64,000 nucleotides of DNA from Spironucleus salmonicida (taxonomy: Eukaryota): contig NC_090598.1 of the NCBI RefSeq assembly GCF_000497125.1, positions 1-64,000 on the forward strand. The letters run 5' to 3'. Under the pieces are notes generated by a model. It searched no databases. It was not told the DNA's origin and saw only the letters and a list, made by a program, of their open reading frames with translations. The translations under genes were made by a program, and so were the position numbers. The number at the start of each line of letters is the position of its first letter. Positions within the stretch are counted from its first letter, which is position 1. Positions 38,576 to 51,404 of the stretch are shown piece after piece.

Positions 38576-41500
38576 TCATTTTTTCTTAGTCTTTGGCGAG
38601 CAATATTCTACCTTTTTTGAACCAGCTTATTCTACTCTAATCTTAGCTTATTCTTGTTTAATTTTTTCTTGTTCTATAACTCGTATTTCAGCCTTTAATT
38701 TCTACGCTTCTTCCTCTTTTTACTTTTCAAACTCAGTTTCAGCTAATCTGAGCTACTCTTATCTCTATTTTTCTTCTGCTTAATCTTACTCAAACATATC
38801 ATCCATATCATCTCCCAATTCGCCCATAACAAGGTCCCCTACGGCTTCCCATTTTTCGATCATTGAATTATTAACACAATCAAATCCTTCGAAAATTATC
38901 AATTATGAAGATTCTCCTAGTTCTTTAAATTAGTTTAAAATTAAATATTCTCCTCGCCACTTAAGAATACCAGCATTAGCTTGCAAAACAATTGCCTTTT
39001 CAATAGTTTCTGGTTAATCTCTCAGCAAATTGCAGAGTTTTTATGAATAAAGAGCATCTAGGGCAGCTTTTTAAAATTTTGAATTTTCATCGAATCCTAC
39101 AAATACAGGATCTAGTGAATCTAGAGGTTTCTACTTTAACCTGTGAACAAATTTAATTAGTAAATCTAGCATTTAACAGCTTTCAAATTATATTATTTTA
39201 GATAATGCATATTTGAAATTCTTCTCGATATACTAGGGGCCATATTATTTCAATACAATAAAAGCAGAATTGCTAATAATTTGCATACTTATATCAATGA
39301 ATGAATCGCCAAATCTATTATCTGAGTAATCAACAACATAATCTTTCTTTTACGTAATAAATTATACAATCTCTAATGATGTATACGGTAGAATATGCAT
39401 TACAGTGCTGCCTCTTGGAATATATTTTCCACATATAATTGCATCTCGCCACACAACAGAATATTTCTCAGTTCTAAATTTCTCCTTCACACGATTAAAG
39501 TTCTTCTCCAGCATATCTTTAACTAAACAGTTTTAGAAATCTTTACTTCCTGCATTTCCAATTGATTTTGTGATTTCATCTAAATCCTTTCCATTGATAA
39601 AAGTTTAACCACATTTTTTAAAGAGTGCTTTATAAACATCTTTACTATAATAAAATTTAGCAATGTATATATAAATATCTTAAATTTTCAAGTTTGACTA
39701 CAACATAGAAATGGCTGTTTACTCTGAAATATTACGCTAGTATAATTATGAAATAATATCGTTTTTATTGTTTTAAATACAGTAATTTATTTAATTTGAG
39801 TCCATCTATGTGCATGGAAAACGATCTGCAAAAATAAAATAGTAAGCAGAATCTTTGGGGATAGAAACTGAATTTGGAAATTATTTTTCTAGGTTAAACA
39901 TAACCGCAAATTAAATTGGCTGTGTTTAAGCGCGTAAAATAACTTCTTATTAAGAAATAACATAAGACACATCATTTTATAGATATATTTTTCCTTCTTT
40001 TTCTATCAAAATTCTTATATTATCTATATTATTTGCTTAAATTGCATAGAATAAGCCTGTGAACCCATTATAAATTTTACTCTTTGGGTCTGAGAATCGC
40101 TGATCAGGAAGACCAATAAAGCGTTCTAGGCCAGTTATTTTTTCTGTTGCACAACTAATATAATAGTTGGTTTATTCATCAGATTATTATTTTATATGTT
40201 TAGGATAGTCTATTTTTGTTTTTGTATCTGATATCCTCATAACATGTTATTTTTGAGTATATTCTAACTATTTTTTCTCTTCTTCTGCTAATAAAATAAT
40301 AAATTAATCCTCTCCAATCGTTTACTTAAGTGTCTTTTAATCTCTTTCTAACAAAAAAAATTTACTGTCTCTAGTTTATTATTCATTAAATTTATTAGAT
40401 TGCACAACATATCTATGAAATGCAATAGAACCATTAATTTTTTCTACTATTTTTTAATATAACACGGTCTACTAATTTTGTTCTAGCAAATTAAGTAGCT
40501 TTTATTCAGAAGTACATGAGATCCAGAGTCTTACTATAGTCTCATTATAAATATTGTTTTCTAATAAATAATTGATGAAAAAGTTATTCGATTCAATTTC
40601 TTTCCTCAAATTTACCTATTAAGTATCATAAAGTTTTTCTATAATTTCAAATTTATTTAATAACACTAATAGTTTAAAACCTGTTGTTCCACGCTCTAGT
40701 TATAAAGTTTCGTAAAAAGTTTCAAACTAGAGCATAAAATTATGTTCTAATTTATAAAGATAAAATATTCTTTCAGAATTTTATTTAGTAATAGCATAAA
40801 ATAATGCCGAAAATCCATAGTAAATATTTTTTCCATTAGACTTACGCTAATCAGAAGTATTCTTATACTTGACTAATGTATAATCAAAATTACCATTATT
40901 TTAAGCTTGTTCGAACCATATTGATTATTGGTGAGTATTAAAGTCAAATGAAATTGTTAATTTCTTATTTGGATTAATGTAGTCAAAAAATAACTGTTCA
41001 AGTTGCTCTTGAGAATCTTTTGAATAATACTAGCAAAATTTCTTGTCAAAATTAGAGTTTAGTAGTTTCTATGCAATATATTTATCCAAAATATATTTTG
41101 TTTAATCCTTGGATACTTAATTAATCAATATTTAATTAAACGGTTGTGTTAATGCAGAAATAATTATCTGTTATTTTTGAGAATTTTATAGCAAAAACTC
41201 TAGCTATTTTTGCTTATTGTGAGTTACACAGGCATACAATATTTACTAAACCATAAAAATATTATCTTGCTCATATTCAAAAAATTTTTTGCTAAAATTG
41301 TAATCTTAGCATATAGATAAGGCACAAAATGAATTTTCATAATCAAGTTATTTTGCTTTATAATACGATTCAATAAGCTAAAGATGAGGTGAATTGATTA
41401 ATTTTGCAAAATGAAGTGCTTAAAATCCTTCAGGTACAAATAAAAATTTCTAATTTTCATAAATAATTATATTCTATTAAATAGGTTTATTCCATTATTT

Positions 41501-43966
41501 TTCTAGTAAAAATTTGATATTATCTAATTTAGTATTTAAAATTGCATAGAATATTCCAATAAAACCATTGTAGATTTATTATGAAAAATTCGTTGTTCTA
41601 GTCTCAATTAATAATATCTCTTTCTAACTTACTGATTTTAACTATTGATATTTGCAAATATCAAAAAATATCTCTTAAACATTGAACTAGCAAATATCTG
41701 GTAATTAAAATTGATCTTGCTTAAGAATATATGCATTAATTATATAATCAGTTTCTTATATTATAAGTTCTGAATTAAAGGAATCTTCTTCTTTCATATT
41801 AAAATATACAAAAACTGAGTTTGTTAATCTATTTAAAATTTATTAATTATATATATTATACTGCTTGATTTATGCCGGCAGTAACCCATCTTATTTAGAA
41901 ATAAGCTGCTACAATAATTCATTATTTTGATTTTGACCACTAATAAAATCTTCTAATGCTTTCATATCTTACTACAATAGACAGTAGAAATGAATATTCA
42001 TGGAATCAAATAGTTACCCTTTTAATTAAGGAATTACAGATTAACTATCTGCTTCAGGTTATAGCCTTCCACCTAAATCAGATACTTTAAGTCCTTTTTC
42101 GAATAATATATCAAAATCTTTGAATCTTACAACTGTCTTCATCTAAGATCTAAGATTAAGAAGATTTTTATATTGCAAGTGATTATAGTACTCTATATAA
42201 TGATAACCAGTAAATCCCATAATAATAGTCTATGTTGTTAATCGCTTATCAAACAATGTACCATATTTTTTCAAATCTTACTCAGATACAGTGCCTTCAA
42301 TACAATTATCAAAAAAAATTGAAATCTCAACATTTTAAACAAAGTTATTTTATTTTGTGGAGAAAACTTCTCCAATCCATACCCCAAAAACTTATTAGAA
42401 CTTAGTAAATTTTGGCTGATACAATTATGTTACTTGAATAAATTTGTCATACTAGTCCCCTACCACAACATTATTAGAGAAACCATATACTAGCAATGTC
42501 TCTTAAGATTAATTCCATTTTTCCTTTTATAAAATATCTCTACAATATTAAGAAATTTCATCTTTTGCAAAAAGATTATATTATAATAATTTAGTTGTCG
42601 TTCTAAGATTGTTAGATTGAAGGCTAGCTTTAATATTACTAGAGTATTCTGTTTTACCAGGTTTCCATATTTTCTAAAAATCAATATAACCGGCATAGTC
42701 TAAAGGATAAATATTTTGAGCAGGTTGTACAGCCTATTCAATGAAATAAGAAATTAAGTGGTATTATTGAAATAGAACAGCAATATGCAAGCAGGTTGCT
42801 TTTTCTGGGACGATTACCCATTATCCTGAAGGAATTTGGGTATAAAAACAATTAGTTGTACTGAATTTTTCATGCTTAATAAGAAATTTTAGAGCATCTA
42901 GATTATTAAAAATAATAGCTAAATGTATGCCACAAACGGACATATTTCTTAAGCCGCTGTTAGCTTTAGCCAACAGTTAAAATTAAGTGGAGTCACCTTC
43001 TGTAATTGATTTTTAATATTTATTAAAACCACCTAATTTTTTAATATTATTTTATTCTAATAAGTTAAAGCTCGTTTAGCTGGGTATAAAAAATCCATAG
43101 TTTTAAAATAGGTCGTCTTTGACTAAATCATTTATTATCTAAGTATCAATTATAAAATCATGCATTTATTCTTCTTAATGATTTGAAATTAAATCTTCAT
43201 CTATGAAATTATCTGATTCATCATTCTAGACATTGTTCTAATTGGTTTATTAACATTATATTAGATCATAAGAAATCTCCTTAGAGTCATAGACATTATA
43301 AATCTCGCTCTCATATTAGCTATTAGCTTACAATTTCTAAATAAGAAAATTGATCCTTATGTTTTGTGAAACACAATCAAAATCTTCTAGAATTAATCTC
43401 AAGTTAACGCTAGAATTAAAACCTTAAATGGACTCAAAATAAGAAATATTTTCCTATATAAATGCAGTTTCAAAAGCTACATCATTGATAAATTCCACAT
43501 TCTTAAATAATTGCTTACAAAATTCAGTATTTGTAGTGATAGAAAATATTTAATCTTCTACTGAAAATTCATTCAAGTGCGATAAAAGTGTAATATTTGA
43601 ATTTAAAATATAGACTTGAATTATAGAAACATGTTCAAATATTTAATTATCTTATACGTAAGAAAATATCTGCTTATCCTACAGATTAGAAATGTCAAAA
43701 ATATTTTTAATTGCTTGTTATTATGAATTTCTCAATTACGAGTTGTAATATTAGTCTTCTGTTATCTTACCATTGATAAAATCCTATATTATTTGAAGAA
43801 ATGAAAATTTAAACTCTGCATCTGTTAAAATATCTTATTATATTGTGTATGATCTGAATAGATTAGTTAACTAAAATCTAAATTTTATATCGGATTCAAA
43901 TTTGGAAACTATATCAAGAAATATTGCTCTTTTGCAAGTAGCAATCTCGTGTGCCGTTACTTGCAT
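38576..43966 (-). CDS. Large ankyrin-repeat protein with a charged/coiled-coil C-terminus, ~1796 aa
   Basis: ATG 43966 and TGA 38578-38576 are in frame; the interior was spot-checked only. Ankyrin-like motifs: CGIHLAIIFNNLDALKFLIKHE (~42900), GFSALFYAITKQN (~40800) and GFTGLFYAIQANNIDNIRILIEKEG (~40050). E/K/Q-rich tail. Confidence 0.8.
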
Positions 43967-44020
43967 TTTTAATGAAAAGTATAATATAATAAATATCATA
44001 ACTAATAAAAAAGAAAATGA

Positions 44021-45247
44021 TCACATTCCACCACATTAAACCTATTATCCTCCTTGGTGATCTTCGTCATGGCCGTCACCATACTCATTTTAACCTTTGG
44101 TATCTGTTTCATTCTTAGTTCTATGGTTAGGGTCTAAATAAACTAATTCACAAGACTTAACACCATCATGCTTCAAATCGGCACATGCACCAATACGCTA
44201 ACGGGACTCCGCAGTTCCAATAACATTCATAATAAGCTATCTGACTTCGTTTGTAACAGACTTGGGGAACTTTACCTCAAATTTAATGAAAAGGTTGCCG
44301 TGCTCATAAATTCTGCCTTTTACTGGCATACCAAGATTTTTGCAGCAAAGCGTTTACCCATGGTTGATACACTCTCCAGGAGAACGGTAAATTGTAACAT
44401 CAGTACCATTAACGTGTTTCACAGTAAACGAGGTGCCACATATAGCTTCATCCAAAGTAATAACCTTAGTCATAAAAAGATCAGCTTCTTTTCTTTCAAA
44501 TGTTTTGTGTTTCTTTTGCTTAAAGACAATAACAAAGTCTCCTTATTAAACATCAGGCTGCCAATTACCCTCAGAGTACATAATCTGCTGATATCCATCA
44601 AAAGTACCGGGATCTACTCTAATTTATAAAGTGGTCTTTTCGTTTGACACTCTCTCCCCTTTACAAGTCTTGCAAATTTTACTAGGGTCACTTATCACTT
44701 TCCCTTTTCCTGAACACTTAGGACATATAACTTATTACTACATAATCATATTGCCTTATCTCATAGTTTACATAACAGCTCCTTGACCTTAGCATTAACT
44801 ACATTTACCAGCAGTAGCACCATCAACGCCTCCCTTGCCATCACAACCTTTGCATTTACAGGATCTTGATACTGGAACAGAAATATCAGCTCCCATAAAA
44901 GCCTACTCTAAAGTTATTTCCATCTCTTACCCCATAGCTTTAGCCTATTTTGGACCTTGTTGACGCTAGCGACCACCACCCATGCCAAACATATCGAACA
45001 TAGACCCAAAGCCTCCACCCTACTCAGCTTGCTTCATACCATCTAATCCATACTGATCATAGAGCTAACGTTTCTCCTCATCCTTTAAGATTTCATAGGC
45101 ATTATTAATTTCCTAAAATTTATCTTTATTTTCAGGAACATTGGGATTATGAACCTAAGCTAATCTGAAATAAGCTTTTTTAATTGCATTTGGCTAAGCA
45201 TCAGGTGCTACACCTAAAAGGTCATAGAGCTTAGTATCTCGTACCAT
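44021..45247 (-). CDS. dnaJ: Class A DnaJ/Hsp40 (Ydj1/DNAJA-like), 408 aa
   Basis: J-domain MVRDTKLYDLLGV...[25 protein letters not shown], a G/F region, four zinc motifs (CKGCDGKG, CSQCQGQG, CPKCSGKG, CKTCKGER), a C-terminal domain (GNLFIKFEVKFP) and a CaaX-type end CGGM*. Confidence 0.96.
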
Positions 45248-45370
45248 ACAAAGGAAGGGAAATTTATTTGACTAAATTCTAATTTTTATCAATAATAATA
45301 TTATATTATATTTAAGCACTATTTTGATAAATTGACTATAATTAAACTCAAAAAACTAATGTATTCGCGT

Positions 45371-46399
45371 TCACTGGCCAACAACCTATCCGACAACATT
45401 CTCAATTAGTAAACTAACGCCATAAAACCTATCTTGCTGGCTATACTTTTTTCTAATATATTTTGCCTTGGGGCTCAAAGCAAGGCTCTTCAGCGTTACA
45501 CTGACCTCCGATAAAATCGCTTTCACGTCGGCCTCGCCGTACCCGCTATAGCCTTCCAGCTCCTCTCCCCAACTGGGTTTTCTCGTCAGCCGTCTGGCCA
45601 TAGCCACGCAGCCGGCAGCTATTTGGCTGGCCTTGAACTGCCTCACCATATTCGAATTTAGCATGCAAAGTTCGCCCAAATAGAACGCAATGTAGCGGTC
45701 TCTGGCCTTCATGTTCGCAATCTTTGCATATCTCCTCAAAAACGTCAATGGAGTAGGGGCGGCCAAATCGAACTCTAAGATATGCAGGATGGTCTCCTCT
45801 GCCTGCATAATGGCTGCTCTTGCGCACGCTGGACACGGCCCTAGTTTTTGTAAGTTCTAGAGAGTTTCAGGGCTACATGGCTCCTATCCGTCAAAAACCG
45901 CGTGTGCTCGCACCTCCTGAAGGTTATGGATGTGTTGGGCAGCATATAGACATGAATCGCAGTTTACATAACGGATTTATGGCTCTTGCGTGATGATTTC
46001 GACGTAATGGCGTAGCGAAGGGATATAAGATTGCTCGTATTTGGATGCTATCAAAAGGCAGGCTATGGATATTAATTTGAAGTCGTACTGTAGCATTGGA
46101 ACACGTGCTGCCAATGTGTCTAATATCGAAACAAAATGGAAAAATGACTCGTTCGCTAGGGCGAATTTAGAATGAGCGCGTGAAGTCCAGTCTATCAACA
46201 GAGCTCGTTCAGTATCATCATATGATGACTGATTTGCAAGAAAATTTTCTGGAAGGCGATATTTATTTTCAGAAAACAAAAGATAAGCATAAATTTCCTT
46301 TACATACTATGCACATGCCTATATATCATCCATGTCCTCACGATCTACTGGCAAAACATCCTCAGGGTTGCTTGCTAAAAATTTCTCTAGGGTATCCAT
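45371..46399 (-). CDS. Mitotic (B-type) cyclin, 342 aa
   Basis: ACAQYVKEIYAYL, ERALLIDW, LISIACLLIASKYEQ, EETILHILEFDLAAPTPLTFLRRY, ASQIAAGC and IRKKYS are cyclin-box and cyclin-C motifs. The two track ORFs are one frame under code 6. Ends CAG TGA (AGTGA). Confidence 0.95.
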
Positions 46400-46480
46400 A
46401 ATTTTGAAATTTGAAGCGAATTATATTCCACACTATTATATATTATATACAATAGTGTTCCCATCTCACTATAATGTTAG

Positions 46481-47032
46481 ATGATGTACTGGATTTAATT
46501 TGACGAAAGAATTTATTACACAATGCCCTTAAGAGTTTTTAAATGGTTTTAATAGTACGATACGTCTTATCATGAATAAGCTATACTAGAAAAATTAACT
46601 AAACGTACTAATTAAGCTGTTTAAAATAAGCACATAAAAATTTTAGATATCTAATTAAATGCTAGGTAAGTTGGTCTTAAAGCTCAGTTAATTAGATCTA
46701 AGTTTATAATTACTTATGAAAAATAAAAGTGTGCTTTATAACTAAAATTATAAAATCTATAAACGTAGGCGGCTTAAAGATATACATATAATATTCATTT
46801 AAAATAGATGATTCTACATTAATATTTCTAAAAAATCCAATCTCAAATTTAAAATGTTGATTATAATAGAGGGATACGAGATTCATTATACTAAGCTAAA
46901 CTTATATTTAAATAATAATAAGCATCTAATAATAGGGAGTAATTAAAACTCTATAAAATACTATAGTTTAATAGGTTCAATACTCATTTGTCTGCTGTAT
47001 AAACAAAACATAACATGATTTTGTTTGCCTGA
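46481..47032 (+). CDS. Hypothetical protein, 183 aa
   Basis: MMYWIQFDERIYYTMPLRVFKW... is open to TGA 47030-47032 under code 6. Divergent from the cyclin gene. Confidence 0.65.
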
Positions 47033-47088
47033 ATTTCTTTATTATTAAATATATATCTATATACGATGAACTTTTTCCCGCTCAAAAT

Positions 47089-48045
47089 ATGTAATGTTAA
47101 CCATCGCGCCTGCTTTCTTAAATTCAGGAGCCAGACCGCAGTCGAATTAAGAAGATTTTCTCAGATTTTGAAGTATAAATAGTGAAAAATAGAAAATTAT
47201 AGAAAATGTTATTAATCTAAAAGGAAAAATACAATGAGAAAATTAAGCATCTAGATTCGGAAAATTAAATATTAAAATTACAAATCAGTAAGTAACTATA
47301 AGATACATAAAATATGTATACCTAAACTTATGAGACATACTTACAAATTGAAAATTCAGCATAGACAGGAGAAACAGGAATAATTGATTAACAATAAAAT
47401 TAAAATCAAGTTTAATAAAAATTATCAGACCACTAGTTAAATCTTTTATCCTTTCAAGACGAAATAAATAGGTCATTGCCAGATTTTAGTTGCTTAGAAT
47501 ACAGTCTATAAATATCATTAGGTTAAACTAAAAATATAGAAAGAAAAAATGAAATTAGTGACATATAAAAAGAACTCAACCAGCCCAAATATATTATTCA
47601 TCCTGCTATACGAAGAGAAAAGATACCATTTAAATAATCTAATGAATTCGATGAAAACTATGAAGAAGCTGATATTTCGGTTTTGAGTGTTCTCAAAGGT
47701 AGAGGTAGATCACTAGTTAGAACTAACAAACCTTCATCAAACTTGCATCTATCTAATGATGATAATCCTTCAATGAATATAGTTCCATCAGAAGCTGAAT
47801 AAATAGTGGGATCTGTTATTTTAGCAGAGTAATAGCGGGTGTAATATTAGAAAAAAGCATAATAAGCAAAAGAGCTAACAGAGAGCATATAAAATTATAT
47901 GTGGGATGATAAAGAAATATAATAAATGAAGATTAAGAAACCTATTCTTATAAATAAGAAGTTCGACCTAGCTGATACAGGGATAAATTTGCATGTATCT
48001 AATGCAAAATTATGTTTAGAATAAGACTATGATTTCTTTAAGTGA
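47089..48045 (+). CDS. Hypothetical, partly coiled-coil protein, 318 aa
   Basis: ATG follows a tcccgctc motif. Open frame ends AAG TGA (AGTGA). Confidence 0.8.
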
Positions 48046-48490
48046 ATTTATTATATCAAATAATTTATGTATTTTGAATTCACATTACTTTTTCTATAAA
48101 CTGTATTTCATATTTTACATAGATCATTCTATATTAACAAGTCACCCTGTTTATGCATTCTTTTATTAAACTGTATCAATTTATTTTAAATAGTTAAAAT
48201 ATTAAACTTTACTGTAATAACACCACTGATAATACTAAATTTTATAATGATATTCTCTTAAAATCTCATAAAGTTTACATTTGTATGTTGCCTACAGAAT
48301 TAATTTATTTCATTATAATATTAGTAATAGATAGATATTCTAACTTATAAAATAACATATCGTTAATATATATAGCATATATAGCATATATATCATATAG
48401 TAGTTAATCAATTATTTATTCTACTAATATCTAAATTATATCTGAACATGATTATTATAATAGTAATAAACAATTATAATAAAACTCAGA

Positions 48491-50515
48491 ATGAATCATG
48501 ATATATAAAATTTGTATTACGTTGTTGAAGAGATGACAGATAAATTGTTCGGATAAAAATTATAGAATAAATTTGTAATTTTAACTGTTGTGAAATAATA
48601 AATCAATAGACTGTATAAGAAAAACTTTAACTATGATTTTTTAATTTAAAGATCAAAAAAATTTAACATGTAAATGACCAAATTTGATTACGAAATAGCA
48701 GATCTTTTTCATATTAAATTTACTGGCCAATTTTCAGGAGTAAAATTTTTAACTTAGTTATCAAATATAAATTTGTTTCAAGCAGTGAAAGAATTTTCAA
48801 GCTCAGATGAGGAATCTAACTAATAAGATACGTATTGTGCACTTAAAGCTAAACGACAGGCTATTCGTGCCATATCTTATATCCCTAATTAAGATGAAAT
48901 ATTTTCACATATTGCATTTCTTATAGACCCTGAAACAAATCTTTTAGTTAAGTATCATTAAACAATGATAGAAGATGTTTTATTTGCAGTATAATAAGTA
49001 GATTAAACTGCATAAAATATTGATTAGTTATTTTTTTATGATAATCAGCTGAATATACCTGATTAATTTGAAGACTTAACAATTTAGCCATCTTCTACGA
49101 CCTTAGACCAAATAAAAAATATTGCTAAAACAACAGCAAATATTTAAATCTCAGACTAATAAATTTATTAAAGACATCATTTTTAAACCTTAATATTTCA
49201 TTTAACCAAATGTCGTCAAATGTTAGAAACCAAACTACAATTATGGCCGTTTAAGTTTTCTTATAGTTTTTTATTTGCAGAAGCATTAGATAAGAATATT
49301 TTTTCCTGTGATGATTGGGAACTAAAAAAATAAGAGAAAATGAAAAAATAATCGTATCTTAATTGGTATATGAATACTATCGCTAATTAAATGTTCAAAG
49401 AATTTGATGTAAAATTTGATGATTTCGAAAAATTTCTGAATTTCATCAATAATTTATTTAACTAAATTCCAAGCATTTAATTTGAAACAATTTTAAATTA
49501 AACCGGGCAGTTCAAATTAAATGATATTATTAATAAAACCAAGAATAATTTAATTGTGCGAAATTAACTATACCAAGAGATAGACTTTTACTCATTAGGT
49601 TAATTTGTTGGCTATTAAAATGTTATAGATTTCTAATAAACTATAAAAGATAGATTTGTAGGTCATATCAAAAAAGAATATATAGCATTTCCGTTTACAT
49701 TCTTATATAAATTAGCATTTAAACTAAACGATTTGCATTTCAAACTTAGTGATAAATTTAGTACAATAAAGTAAAAAATAACATAAGAAGTAAACAAAGA
49801 GATAGCAAAACATAAATAAATTATACGCAATAATCGTACAACAATAATTTAAATAACAGAATTGTAAAGTAAAGTTAAAAAGTCAAGTACTGTTACTGCA
49901 GTTGTTGTATATCTTCATATTTTTTGTTAAATTAACTTTGATACTGTTAGAACTGAATTTACTAAGATAAATGACTTTATACAAATATTGTCTAAATGCT
50001 AGGGAAAAGAATTTTAGTAAAAACTTCTACGAAATTATAATATACAAATCCTTTTAATACTATAGTTAAGTCAGGAAAAATTTTACCATTGGTAAGAGTT
50101 AGTAAAACCTGGAAATCTAAAAATAACCAGAAATGCATTATAAAATATGTTTAAAGGAGCTTAATTTGCATCTGAACAACAAAATATTTAAATTCTTATA
50201 TAATTACATTTTGAGCTTGAATCAATAGGCAAAACAGAAATATGTAATATTATTGCATCAATTTTTGATTTATAAGTAGATTAAATCTAATCTCCAGTTT
50301 TTTTTATGTTTGAGATATTTCTATGTTTCATCAAATAAAATCTAAAATTAAAATATCTCTTTAATTCAGCTCTGGTAGATTAAACATCAGTAACTGGTCT
50401 TGAAAAACTATAGAAAACAAGTTAACCTAAATATTTATAATACTCATTAGGATTTACAAAGACTAAACGCGATATTCTTATGGAGTCACTAGCTCGATCA
50501 TTCTAAATAAAGTGA
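48491..50515 (+). CDS. Hypothetical helical protein, 674 aa
   Basis: MNHDIQNLYYVVEEMTDKLFG... is in frame with the terminal AAG TGA at 50513-50515; interior spot-checked only. Confidence 0.78.
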
Positions 50516-50550
50516 TATATTTATTATATTTCAATATACATATTATTAAC

Positions 50551-50573
50551 TTCCGCTCATTTCATCTCTTAAA
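50551..50573 (+). promoter_or_regulatory. C-rich (T/C)CCGC(TC) upstream motif
   Basis: ttccgctc lies ~15 nt before ATG 50574. Related motifs occur before 47089 (tcccgctc), 61383 (ttccgc, minus strand) and 46399 (ttcgcttc). Confidence 0.5.
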
Positions 50574-51389
50574 ATGTCAATACTTGATTATCCTACTTGT
50601 GCTAAGCACATGAGTCGCTTTGTAAAATCACCAAGAATATAAGAAGCAGGAATTGAGCTTCATAGAAAAGAGGTTTTAGACGTTCATGAAGCTAACCATC
50701 GTCAGTAACTTACCCATGCTAATCTATAAAAATCTGAACTTATTCTTAATATTGACTGCAACAAACAGTAACTTCAGAGTAGGATATAAGATCTCCCAAA
50801 TTATCCTTAACAGCTTCCACTCTTTATGGCCGATGCAAAATTCTTAAGTGAGACTAAGGAAATCTAAGAGGAAGTTATTGCAAAATTCATCGAAAAACGC
50901 GAACGTGAATTATTGGAATAATTAAAGGAAAAATACAACATTCCAGCAGTTGCACCTGCTGATGGAGCTGCTGACGAATTGCTGTCATCTGCTGTCATCG
51001 CCAAAGACCCTTTGACACACGATGCTGCTCTTTTATTAAACTCAGAATCTGCTACCAGGTAGAAATTCATTGAATTTTAGTCTAGTTTTGTAGCTGGTTT
51101 GAAAAATGGAAATCTCAAAACAACTTCACTCACATCCAGATCTATGGCAGCCTCAAAAATTATTATGACAAACGAATAATATGAAGAGGAAAATGCTAAA
51201 ATGGAGACTGAAATTGCAGAATTAAAAATTACAAGAGCAGAATAAGAATCTAGAGTTAAATTATTAGAAGAAAAACTTGAAGAGGAAAAACTTAGACTTA
51301 AAAAAGCATAAAAGTATTGTAAAGAAGTGTAGTTGCGTGTAGAAAGAACTAAGAATGATATCAAAAGAGTTGTTTCTTAAAACAAGTGA
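50574..51389 (+). CDS. Hypothetical protein with a C-terminal coiled coil, 271 aa
   Basis: ATG follows ttccgctc. E/K-rich heptads at the C-terminus. Ends AAG TGA. Confidence 0.85.
51385..51389 (+). terminator. AGTGA polyadenylation-type signal fused with the stop codon (example site)
   Basis: 9 of 19 complete CDSs end in AG-TGA (45371, 48045, 50515, 51389, 56588, 57799, 59436, 60529, 63215). The fused signal is described for Spironucleus salmonicida. Confidence 0.7.
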
Positions 51390-51404
51390 ACTTTGAAATA
51401 TTAC

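Noticed and set aside
44168-44629. 153-aa plus-strand ORF and similar track ORFs (1528, 38565, 45546, 46180, 47285, 50864, 51077, 51393, 52369, 54002, 60656)
   Set aside because: Antisense or off-frame shadows of the real code-6 genes.
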